A DNA stretch of 19,401 nucleotides from a virus. A model generated the notes under the pieces. That model had not been told where the DNA came from, did not search any database, and worked only from the letters and a program-made list of their open reading frames with translations. A program made the position numbers and the translations under genes. This document shows positions 7,473-14,352 of this stretch, piece by piece. How positions within the stretch are numbered: the first letter of the stretch is position 1; each line of letters begins with the position of its first letter. Location: the UHGV virus genome UHGV-0140152; one strand, 5' to 3'.

Positions 7473-7955
7473 ATGAATTTTATCGCTACTGTAAACGCAC
7501 CCGCACATGGCAATATCGCTGTAACGTTCTCTGACACTGAAAAACGAGTACTTGGTGCATGGCGCGACAATGAGACGGTAGAACTGTCAGCACAAGAAAA
7601 ATGCATTATTGCACGCGACATCATTGGCAATCGTCGTTACTCGCGGGTATTTGAGAAAGCGTATGTGGTAAATTCTGGGTTCGGAACGTTCGTCTTTCCG
7701 GTGCGCTCCGGGCGATTCTGCCAGTCCAAGCTGATTGAGTTCGCTACGCAGATTTCTGTCTGGATTAAAACTCAATCGTCGTTCAAATTTTCCGACGATG
7801 AAGCAGTATCGCAGGGGATGCGGATCGCCAACAATGCAATTAAATGCAAAAACATTACGTATACCGCTGGCGTTGACACATGGAGACTGTTTTGCGCTAA
7901 CTTTATGCTGAATGTATACGCAAGCAACCGCATCCACATCCTTGATGGCGTGTAA
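7473..7955 (+). CDS. hypothetical protein (160 aa)
   Basis: Track ORF; AAGGAA RBS; leader shares taacaccaacaagagaacaatttgtt with the 2166 gene. Confidence 0.7.
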   Translation: MNFIATVNAPAHGNIAVTFSDTEKRVLGAWRDNETVELSAQEKCIIARDIIGNRRYSRVFEKAYVVNSGFGTFVFPVRSGRFCQSKLIEFATQISVWIKTQSSFKFSDDEAVSQGMRIANNAIKCKNITYTAGVDTWRLFCANFMLNVYASNRIHILDGV

Positions 7956-7970
7956 CTGAGAAGAGGGCCA

Positions 7971-8085
7971 GAAACGGCCCTTTCTCTATAGCCACCAGCT
8001 GCCGCAGGGAAATTTTCAGAAACGGCTAGGAACGCATTCATGAGCCGACGGGAAACGGCCAGGATTTTTTCGGGAAACGGCTACA
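7971..8085. repeat. iteron-like array, 4 copies of GAAACGGC
   Basis: GAAACGGC at about 7973, 8021, 8054 and 8076; the same core as the 1691-1802 array. The first copy sits in the loop of a GGGCC...GGCCC hairpin. Confidence 0.55.
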
Positions 8086-8207
8086 TTTGCCTTTATGTAG
8101 AAAAAACATCGGGAAGCTGGTGGAATCCAATCAGCGGTTGTCGGACAGGTGAGCGGGGAAAATCATTATGACTCTCGTCACCTGAGACATCCAGATTTCT
8201 TTCATAG

Positions 8208-8260
8208 CGTAATCACATACGTGATTAAGTGGTGTGATTATGTGAAAAATCACGCGCACA
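8208..8260. repeat. cluster of GTGATT/AATCAC inverted repeats
   Basis: TAATCAC-atac-GTGATTA and GTGATT-atgtgaaa-AATCAC within 50 bp, in a convergent intergenic region. Confidence 0.5.
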
Positions 8261-8429
8261 TAATACGCGAGCGGATACGGAACAAAACAAAATGCAGATT
8301 CGCGCCGACAAATAAACGCGGATCATAAAGCAAGACTAAAAGCCAATGATTAACTATGCGCTATAGCGCAATATAACGCATTTTAAGCGCGTTAATGTGT
8401 TAAGTAATGGGTATGTACTGGCAAGGATA

Positions 8430-8570
8430 TAAAAGCGCGTCCATGGCGTTATTTTGGCGCTTATTTTTATGTTGTTGGAGTGAGTTAAAGACAATAAAAA
8501 AGCGCCATCATTGGCGCGTTATGGTGGGAGTATTGGAAACGAAAAAAGCGCCCATAGTGGGCGCTCGATT
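8430..8570. repeat. tandem GC-stem hairpins of the GCGCC(C)A-N-TGGGCGC family
   Basis: gcgccatcattggcgc and gcgcccatagtgggcgc, each flanked by A/T runs; plausibly bidirectional terminators. Confidence 0.5.
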
Positions 8571-8801
8571 TTATTTATGTAAACTGATTTCAAATCCCAT
8601 TTCTACAAACGCTTTTAACATTAAAAATATATCAGCGTCGTTCACGTCTGCTTTTTTCCGCTCCTGGTCGCTCAATAAGTCAATTTTGCGCGTCGTTTCG
8701 TCTATAAGCTCGACTGCGCGCCCAGCGTAACCAGCGATCCCAGCGATGCGATTAACATAATATTCATTATGGACGTTAACGCCAGCGATTAAAATAATCA
8801 T
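8571..8801 (-). CDS. small hypothetical protein (76 aa)
   Basis: Track ORF; AAGGAG RBS on the minus strand immediately after the 8824-8841 hairpin. Confidence 0.6.
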   Translation of the reverse strand: MIILIAGVNVHNEYYVNRIAGIAGYAGRAVELIDETTRKIDLLSDQERKKADVNDADIFLMLKAFVEMGFEISLHK

Positions 8802-8823
8802 GCTTTAAAAACTCCTTTAAATG

Positions 8824-8841
8824 CGCCCATATTTGGGCGCA
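8824..8841. repeat. hairpin GCGCCCATATTTGGGCGC (identical copy at 9577-9594)
   Basis: Perfect 7-bp stem between the stop of 8856..9503 and the RBS of 8571..8801. Confidence 0.6.
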
Positions 8842-8855
8842 TGATTTATATGGTA

Positions 8856-9503
8856 TTATTCAAAATATGGAAATGCAGAATTTTCTTCATGATCTAATAC
8901 GAAAGTTTTTTCATTAATATAATTTGGCGCATTATCGCCAAATGATTCTAGTGGTTCGAGATGATTGAAATCATCTTTTTTAATAAAGTAGGATATATAA
9001 TAGATACCATCGTGTAAATCAGCCAAACCACACCAAATATAATAGCCAATAGGATAACATGCAGGACCACGATTCACATAAACTGTAATTTTTCCGCTTA
9101 ATAAATCCATCTCAGCAAAAAAAGCTAATCCGCTTTTTTCCTCTTCTCCTTCTTTTTCTCTGATTTTTCCGTTTAGAACGTCAGCACTTTGAATAAACCA
9201 CGCTCTAGTAAAATCCGCGTTAACATATGTAGCAAATTCGCCAAAGTCGCAATTTTTGCGCAAGTTGGGTAAATCCTCGATTAAATCGAGATTGATATTT
9301 AATTGCGCTGTATTTTCAGCAATAATTAGCTCTGCTTTCGTTAATTCCGTGTTATTAAATTCTGGCTTTTTTTCTGGTAATTTGTGCACTACTTCTTTGA
9401 TTTTGTCAGCGAATTTAATTTTTGATTTAATCAATGGAAGACGAGATTCAGCCATCTCTACGAAAGCAGAGATAAAAGATTCGCAAACAGTAAAAGTTTT
9501 CAT
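8856..9503 (-). CDS. hypothetical protein (215 aa); distant paralog of 5441..6160
   Basis: Track ORF; GAGGAA RBS. Shares ...DFTRAWF...FFAEMDLLSGKITV... and EPLESFGD with 5441..6160. Confidence 0.75.
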   Translation of the reverse strand: MKTFTVCESFISAFVEMAESRLPLIKSKIKFADKIKEVVHKLPEKKPEFNNTELTKAELIIAENTAQLNINLDLIEDLPNLRKNCDFGEFATYVNADFTRAWFIQSADVLNGKIREKEGEEEKSGLAFFAEMDLLSGKITVYVNRGPACYPIGYYIWCGLADLHDGIYYISYFIKKDDFNHLEPLESFGDNAPNYINEKTFVLDHEENSAFPYFE

Positions 9504-9536
9504 ATTAAATTCCTCAATTAAAATCTGAACCAGATG

Positions 9537-9594
9537 AATAAAGCTAATATTAGCTTTATTCCGAGTTTTATCTCATGCGCCCATATTTGGGCGC
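9537..9594. repeat. perfect 24-bp palindrome plus second copy of the GCGCCCATATTTGGGCGC hairpin
   Basis: AATAAAGCTAATATTAGCTTTATT (9537-9560) and gcgcccatatttgggcgc (9577-9594), between the genes at 9608..10258 and 8856..9503. Confidence 0.6.
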
Positions 9595-9607
9595 TTGATT
9601 CCATTAA

Positions 9608-10258
9608 TTACGCTTTAAAAGCATCAGCTAGATAATTGTAGAAATCTTTTTTAATGAAGCGATATTGTTGAGTACCAGCTTTGGCGCTTCCCATTCCTTT
9701 GACTTTCTCAACAAGTCCGAGACGTTCGCAAAGATTGATTAGCTGGTTAGCTTGAGTATAGCCAGCGTCTAAGCGTAAATCATTTGCTCGCTTAACTTCA
9801 TTCATTAAATCAAAAACAGCGCCATTAGTAAAAACTTCTACTTCGTCTTTGATCATGTGAACAAGTGCAAACACGCGTGATCCGCTCATATCGTCTTTGG
9901 AGTACTCGCATTTACCAGCTTTGATAGATTTAACCAGATAAACTAATTTTTCCAGTGAGTAACTGTTAGTCATCGCTTCGCGGAAAAACACTTCTGGTGC
10001 TTGTTTGCTTGCTTTAATCGCAAAGTAAAACACAGCAGACAATTTTTCGTCGTTAACAGCAGACAAAATGTTATTAGAGAAATATTTTAACTTTGTAGAA
10101 GCAGCGCGAAGATTATCTTTATCGTTTTTGGTCAGCGCGCCAGTGCTATTAAGAAGTTCATTCTTTTGCCCCAAGTCGTTAGCTTTTGCACCCAGCTCAG
10201 CAGCAACAATATTAGCAGCTTCAACGATGTTTTTTTTAGATAATATAATGTTGGTCAT
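9608..10258 (-). CDS. hypothetical protein (216 aa)
   Basis: Track ORF; AGGA RBS about 9 nt upstream on the minus strand. No family recognised. Confidence 0.7.
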   Translation of the reverse strand: MTNIILSKKNIVEAANIVAAELGAKANDLGQKNELLNSTGALTKNDKDNLRAASTKLKYFSNNILSAVNDEKLSAVFYFAIKASKQAPEVFFREAMTNSYSLEKLVYLVKSIKAGKCEYSKDDMSGSRVFALVHMIKDEVEVFTNGAVFDLMNEVKRANDLRLDAGYTQANQLINLCERLGLVEKVKGMGSAKAGTQQYRFIKKDFYNYLADAFKA

Positions 10259-10512
10259 GATTTCAATCCTTAGATCAAATTAGAAAATTTATTTCGTTCT
10301 ATCGTTAGCGTGTTCGCTTTCGACGAGTTCAATTATCGATACGCAAAAAAAGATTGCAAGTGTTTTTTCTTAGTTTTTTACAGGGACGAAAGTCCTAGAA
10401 ATAAAAGCGAGATCGTCGAAGGTGTTCCCTAAATAAATAATCTACTCCGGCTTTTAACCTTATATATTTATACGGAGTGGAATAGGGGGTATTAAATGAA
10501 TGGCGTGTAAAA

Positions 10513-10538
10513 TAATAACCGGACTTAGCCGGTTATTA
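10513..10538 (-). terminator. putative terminator of the minus-strand block
   Basis: TAATAACCGG acttag CCGGTTATTA 10-bp stem just past the stop of 10550..11113, with a T-rich run following on the minus strand. Confidence 0.5.
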
Positions 10539-10549
10539 CCCTTATAGAT

Positions 10550-11113
10550 TTAAAATGGAAGGATTCGGTCAACCCAATCGAAGAGAACAATCATTCTTGC
10601 ATGTTCCCTGATTTTCATCGTCACCTGACAAGCATCAACGCCTAACGACACTCCCTCTATTTCACGGCCATCCGCCATGTAGACCCTTATAGATCTGCCG
10701 TTTTGATGAGCTTTGCGACATATCTTAAAAAAGTCACGACGTGATGGCTGGTTGTTCACGTAGTCAGGATGTACGGTAAGCCTGTCCGCAAAGTCCCCAT
10801 CTACTTCTGGAGGTATAATCGTTTCTATAGAGCTAACTTTCCCAAGAGGAAGACGAACTCGACGCTCTTTGCTTCTTGGAACGGGTGATAGATCAAGTTT
10901 GTTGCGTGATGGTAGTGTTCCCTGTACATACATGTTGAATACCTGTCCATCTTCCATCGTGACTTTTACAGGAACAGAGTGTGCCCTCCAGAACATCAAG
11001 GTATGTTCCACATTAGAATAGTCTCGCGGCCATACTTCAGCCGGTATGCCGTATGTAATATCTTTCGTCGTCATATCATTATAAAGTGGTTGGCAATATG
11101 TCCATTGTACCAT
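10550..11113 (-). CDS. hypothetical protein (187 aa; possibly 174 aa from an internal ATG at about 11074)
   Basis: Track ORF. The 11113 start overlaps the lipoprotein gene by 35 nt; the alternative ATG lies a few nt after the lipoprotein stop. No clear RBS for either. Confidence 0.55.
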   Translation of the reverse strand: MVQWTYCQPLYNDMTTKDITYGIPAEVWPRDYSNVEHTLMFWRAHSVPVKVTMEDGQVFNMYVQGTLPSRNKLDLSPVPRSKERRVRLPLGKVSSIETIIPPEVDGDFADRLTVHPDYVNNQPSRRDFFKICRKAHQNGRSIRVYMADGREIEGVSLGVDACQVTMKIREHARMIVLFDWVDRILPF

Positions 11114-11498
11114 CCCAGGTAGTGAAAACCCGATATGTTTTCGAGTCGCCCTGCTTTAGCTTTATTTCTCGTTCCATCCTGGAGGGGTTAAATGCGCAAA
11201 GACCTGAACTTTCAATTGATGTCCCAACGATCCACTCTCCTTCGTTAAGGTAGAAAGTTGCTTTTTCACCAGGTTCTAGCTTTGCAACCGTTTCTCCATT
11301 GATGAAAATGGAAGCGTTACATGCAGAACCAACCAGCCCTTTGTCTCGAACTATTGTTAAACTAGACTCATGTGGTGTTTGATATTTAAATATTCTGCTT
11401 TGAGGTGCATCCTTTGCCTTTGAAACAGATATAGACGAAGACGAACATCCAATTAGTGATGTGGTTAGTGTTAGAATAATTAGGTTTGTTACTTTCAT
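11079..11498 (-). CDS. putative lipoprotein (139 aa)
   Basis: N-terminus MKVTNLIILTLTTSLIGCSSS has a hydrophobic core and an L-I-G-C lipobox, indicating a signal peptidase II substrate. Confidence 0.7.
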   Translation of the reverse strand: MKVTNLIILTLTTSLIGCSSSSISVSKAKDAPQSRIFKYQTPHESSLTIVRDKGLVGSACNASIFINGETVAKLEPGEKATFYLNEGEWIVGTSIESSGLCAFNPSRMEREIKLKQGDSKTYRVFTTWDGTMDILPTTL

Positions 11499-11514
11499 AT
11501 TTGTCTGACTATGA

Positions 11515-12066
11515 TTAATAGTTAACTTGGGTTCTGTTGTAAATGTCTATTAAGAAATCGTCCTGCTTTATGTTTTTACAGGTTTTGTCGAAGGTTAATT
11601 CACCTGATAATATGCAGGCGTTGTATTTTTCGATAAAAATATTTAATGCCTGCCAATTTTTGAAAAGAAAAGAGAAACCATATGACGACTCGCTGCCGTT
11701 TATCAACCCTCGTGCGCTGGGATATTTGTATAAATTTGAATGTAGCTCTAATTTACCAGGGGCAACGTCGCCACAGGAATTCATAATGACGAACATTTTG
11801 GATATATCAAAAGGATAAAAAACTATGCCGCAATTTGTCCTGTTGCCTTTAATATCCTTCACGTAAATATAGTGCTCGTAACAATCTTTACGCGAGGCAT
11901 TTAACCTGTATTGTATTAGTTTGTGCTCTCCTTTTTGAGAGGGTATTAGGTATCGTGTACGCTTGTCTAAGCAGGATTTCGTCTTTGTACGGTATTGCGA
12001 CATACTGCTCTTTATTTCCGCTGCACTTAGAAAGTTCTCATTAAAAGGCAAATGTCCCATTTGCAC
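11515..12066 (-). CDS. hypothetical protein (183 aa) homologous to the N-terminal domain of the HNH protein at 12312..13292
   Basis: GGAGG RBS 5 nt upstream. ...YGFSFLFKNWQALNIFIEKYNACILSGEL aligns with ...LGYSFAFKNRLSIEMFLITLIDYIDSGKI of the HNH protein. No nuclease motif. Confidence 0.7.
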   Translation of the reverse strand: MQMGHLPFNENFLSAAEIKSSMSQYRTKTKSCLDKRTRYLIPSQKGEHKLIQYRLNASRKDCYEHYIYVKDIKGNRTNCGIVFYPFDISKMFVIMNSCGDVAPGKLELHSNLYKYPSARGLINGSESSYGFSFLFKNWQALNIFIEKYNACILSGELTFDKTCKNIKQDDFLIDIYNRTQVNY

Positions 12067-12152
12067 CTCCGGTTCTTAAGCATAGATAAGCCTACAAAAT
12101 TAATTCAGTCGATCAAGATCTTTTTTCAGCCGGAAGTTTATGTATCAAGAAG

Positions 12153-12168
12153 TGTGATCAAGTTCACA
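12153..12168. promoter_or_regulatory. perfect CRP-consensus-like palindrome TGTGA-N6-TCACA, about 95 bp upstream of 11515..12066
   Basis: tgtgatcaagttcaca inside a roughly 110-bp segment homologous to 13293-13415. Confidence 0.45.
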
Positions 12169-12311
12169 TACTGCTTTGCCAGAAGAATACCATATGCAAA
12201 ACATTCTATTGCTGTTAAAATTTAATCGTTCAGACATAAGGAAGCCCTATACCCTCGACAAATCTTTCTGGTATTGTCGAGGGCATGTTTCACATTTATA
12301 GGTAGATAGCG

Positions 12312-13292
12312 TTAATTGGTGTTTTTGTTCTTCTCTTTTTTGCTAATTTCATCACATGTAAGGTTCATTATGTCTATGTTTTCTTGCTTTTGAAGGTTGC
12401 CGACAATTTTTTTGCGCAATTCATAAAATCGCTCGCGTGGTATAGCTTCCTTGTTGCCGTTGATGTGAAGTATTGCGTGACAGCTAGGGCAGACGGCAAT
12501 CAGATCTGTTTTTGGGTTCACGCTTCGTGCATCTTCGCCTTGTGAAAGTGGGACGATGTGGTGAGCGTGTAGCAGCGTTTTCGTTTCTTTGCCGTCAATT
12601 TCCTTGCCGTATATTTCCGACATCGTTCTGCAACATAATTGACACCTGTAGTCTGCGTTTGCCAGAACGTCATTCCTTAACCCGGATACGCGGCTACGAT
12701 GTTGCGACTGGATTAATCTTGTTTCGCCCTCTATATATTCCTCAACTTCTTCTTTCTGGAGGTCGTAGCTGATTTCTTCTTGAGTCGGATGGACTTTTTT
12801 GTATAGAAGATCAAGATATTTAATGTCCTCTGTTATATATTTGGAATCCTCTAGCGAGGATATTTTTCCTGAGTCTATGTAGTCAATTAATGTAATAAGG
12901 AACATCTCTATCGATAGCCTGTTTTTAAAGGCAAACGAATATCCAAGATGTCTTCTATCTCCTGAATGAATTGGCGTCCAATGAGATTTCTCAATTTTTT
13001 GTGGTGTTACGCAGATACCTTTGCCGATATTGTTTACATGTTCCAATAATTGATAAACAGAATTAATGCGGTAAGCATGTGTTACTAAAGAATTTATTTT
13101 TCTTGTGCCGACGGAGGATTTTGTCATAACAACATGATGAGATATTTGTTTTTTTAAAATCAAATCATACGATGTAGCTTTTTGGTTTTCGCCTTTGTCG
13201 GTTTTTTTTATTAAATTTAGTTTTTTATTAGAGGCTATTTTCTCTATTTCTTCTCTAACTTCTTTTATCGTCATGTAAGTTTCTTTTGTCAT
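12312..13292 (-). CDS. HNH endonuclease, McrA-like C-terminal domain with an unrecognised N-terminal domain (326 aa)
   Basis: C-terminus YRCQLCC...LLHAHHIVPLSQGEDARSVNPKTDLIAVCPSCHAILH is an HNH motif with two Cys pairs, arranged like McrA. AT-rich gene. Confidence 0.8.
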   Translation of the reverse strand: MTKETYMTIKEVREEIEKIASNKKLNLIKKTDKGENQKATSYDLILKKQISHHVVMTKSSVGTRKINSLVTHAYRINSVYQLLEHVNNIGKGICVTPQKIEKSHWTPIHSGDRRHLGYSFAFKNRLSIEMFLITLIDYIDSGKISSLEDSKYITEDIKYLDLLYKKVHPTQEEISYDLQKEEVEEYIEGETRLIQSQHRSRVSGLRNDVLANADYRCQLCCRTMSEIYGKEIDGKETKTLLHAHHIVPLSQGEDARSVNPKTDLIAVCPSCHAILHINGNKEAIPRERFYELRKKIVGNLQKQENIDIMNLTCDEISKKEKNKNTN

Positions 13293-13390
13293 TATAATTC
13301 GACCTACTGGAATATCTTGATTTAAGAGGCTACAAATATCGTTCAGCCAATCAAGAAATTTTTTCAGCCGGAGGTTTGTACTTCAAAAAA

Positions 13391-13406
13391 TGTGATGAAT
13401 GTCACA
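13391..13406. promoter_or_regulatory. perfect CRP-consensus-like palindrome TGTGA-N6-TCACA, about 105 bp upstream of the HNH gene
   Basis: tgtgatgaatgtcaca within the duplicated promoter segment; on the minus strand it is followed by TTTTTT. Confidence 0.45.
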
Positions 13407-13431
13407 TGCAGGTGCGCTCATACACCTGCAT
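13404..13431 (-). terminator. hairpin after the stop of 13440..14006; likely terminator of the helicase operon
   Basis: CATGCAGGTG cgctcata CACCTGCATG, a perfect 10-bp stem, 9 nt past the stop codon. Confidence 0.5.
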
Positions 13432-13439
13432 GTAGACTA

Positions 13440-14006
13440 TTAATCATTCAATAATCTATATTTGCTTTTGATTAAATCTTCACCTTTTCTGGTGAACACA
13501 AAACCAAATTGCGATTTTTTGTTCAGTCGAAGAACTCTGTTATCCAGTGCATCGGTTGACGGAATTAGTGTCTGATCATCTATCCAATTTAGTAGCGTAA
13601 GAAAGTTCAGCAACCTCAACGTTGTTGTGCGAAGCTCTTTCGATATATTTTCAATGCTGGCAATTCGTCTTTCTTTTTTCTTTGGCGTTTCGATTAACTT
13701 CGCTTGAGAGGTGGACAATGAATAGATATTTTCATTGTCCTCATCAAACAACAGATGTTGGGTAAGTTTGCTAAAAAAACCTCGTGCGGATTCGCTTGAT
13801 AACACTCCCTCTTTATTCATATCATTAGTTATTCTGTACAAGAGTGGACCGTACTTCATTTCAGGATAACGTTGATAAAAGTTAAGTAATTCAAAAGCAG
13901 CATTAGCACCAACAAGAAAATCAGAAGGATCGCTGACCTTCCAGAAAGAATGATTTTTCTTAGCGCCTGTGGTGTCAACAAATGATAATTCTTTTAAACA
14001 ACTCAT
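13440..14006 (-). CDS. hypothetical protein (189 aa, MSCLKELSFVDTTGAKK...)
   Basis: Track ORF 13440..14039; preferred start is the ATG at 14006, 6 nt after AAGGAG. No family recognised. Confidence 0.7.
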   Translation of the reverse strand: MSCLKELSFVDTTGAKKNHSFWKVSDPSDFLVGANAAFELLNFYQRYPEMKYGPLLYRITNDMNKEGVLSSESARGFFSKLTQHLLFDEDNENIYSLSTSQAKLIETPKKKERRIASIENISKELRTTTLRLLNFLTLLNWIDDQTLIPSTDALDNRVLRLNKKSQFGFVFTRKGEDLIKSKYRLLND

Positions 14007-14071
14007 GATGTACTCCTTTCTAACAAGTGAGCACATCATAGAATTGGTGGATAGGGGGTAAATATGGAACG

Positions 14072-14350
14072 TTACGGCAACCTGCTCAGTATTTCCTCCA
14101 GATCTTCTTTGGTCATATTAGAGTTCTCATAAATACGCATAATTTTCTCACGAGTCTTAGCAGAGACTCCAACGGCAGATGAAACTTTGTCAAATTCAGC
14201 CATTGTCATTGTCTCCAGAATGGCATTGATAACTTCAGCCTTAGACATTTTGATATTTTTTTCTTTTAGTTTCACTTGAAACTTTCCAAGTTTGTCATTG
14301 GCCTTATCCGACAATGACACCTGACAATAAGTTGTTTTCTTTTCGCTCAT
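14072..14350 (-). CDS. small putative ribbon-helix-helix DNA-binding protein (92 aa)
   Basis: N-terminal strand-helix-helix pattern (TTYCQVSLSDKANDKLGKF...MSKAEVINAILETM); start is 2 nt after the helicase stop, suggesting translational coupling. Confidence 0.55.
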   Translation of the reverse strand: MSEKKTTYCQVSLSDKANDKLGKFQVKLKEKNIKMSKAEVINAILETMTMAEFDKVSSAVGVSAKTREKIMRIYENSNMTKEDLEEILSRLP

Positions 14351-14352
14351 AA

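Noticed and set aside
7587-8041. Minus-strand ORFs 7587..7937 and 7772..8041
   Set aside because: Antisense to 7473..7955 and running into the iteron and terminator region.
8407-8730. 107-aa plus-strand ORF
   Set aside because: Crosses the tandem hairpin cluster and overlaps the RBS-supported minus-strand gene 8571..8801.
9256-10283. Plus-strand ORFs 9256..9528 and 10068..10283
   Set aside because: Antisense to the minus-strand genes 8856..9503 and 9608..10258; low-complexity S/I/L-rich translations.
10550-11113. Protein-level overlap between the lipoprotein gene and the 187-aa gene as evidence of frameshifting
   Set aside because: More simply explained by the 187-aa gene starting at the internal ATG near 11074, a few nt after the lipoprotein stop.
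11543-11818. 91-aa plus-strand ORF; also 12512..12772
   Set aside because: Antisense to the HNH paralog and HNH genes, with no RBS.
12153-12168. Reading the TGTGA-N6-TCACA palindromes as proven CRP sites
   Set aside because: Not dropped but downgraded: the match to the CRP consensus is perfect, but the site at 13391-13406 is followed by T6 on the minus strand and could be part of a terminator, and the sites may bind another regulator.
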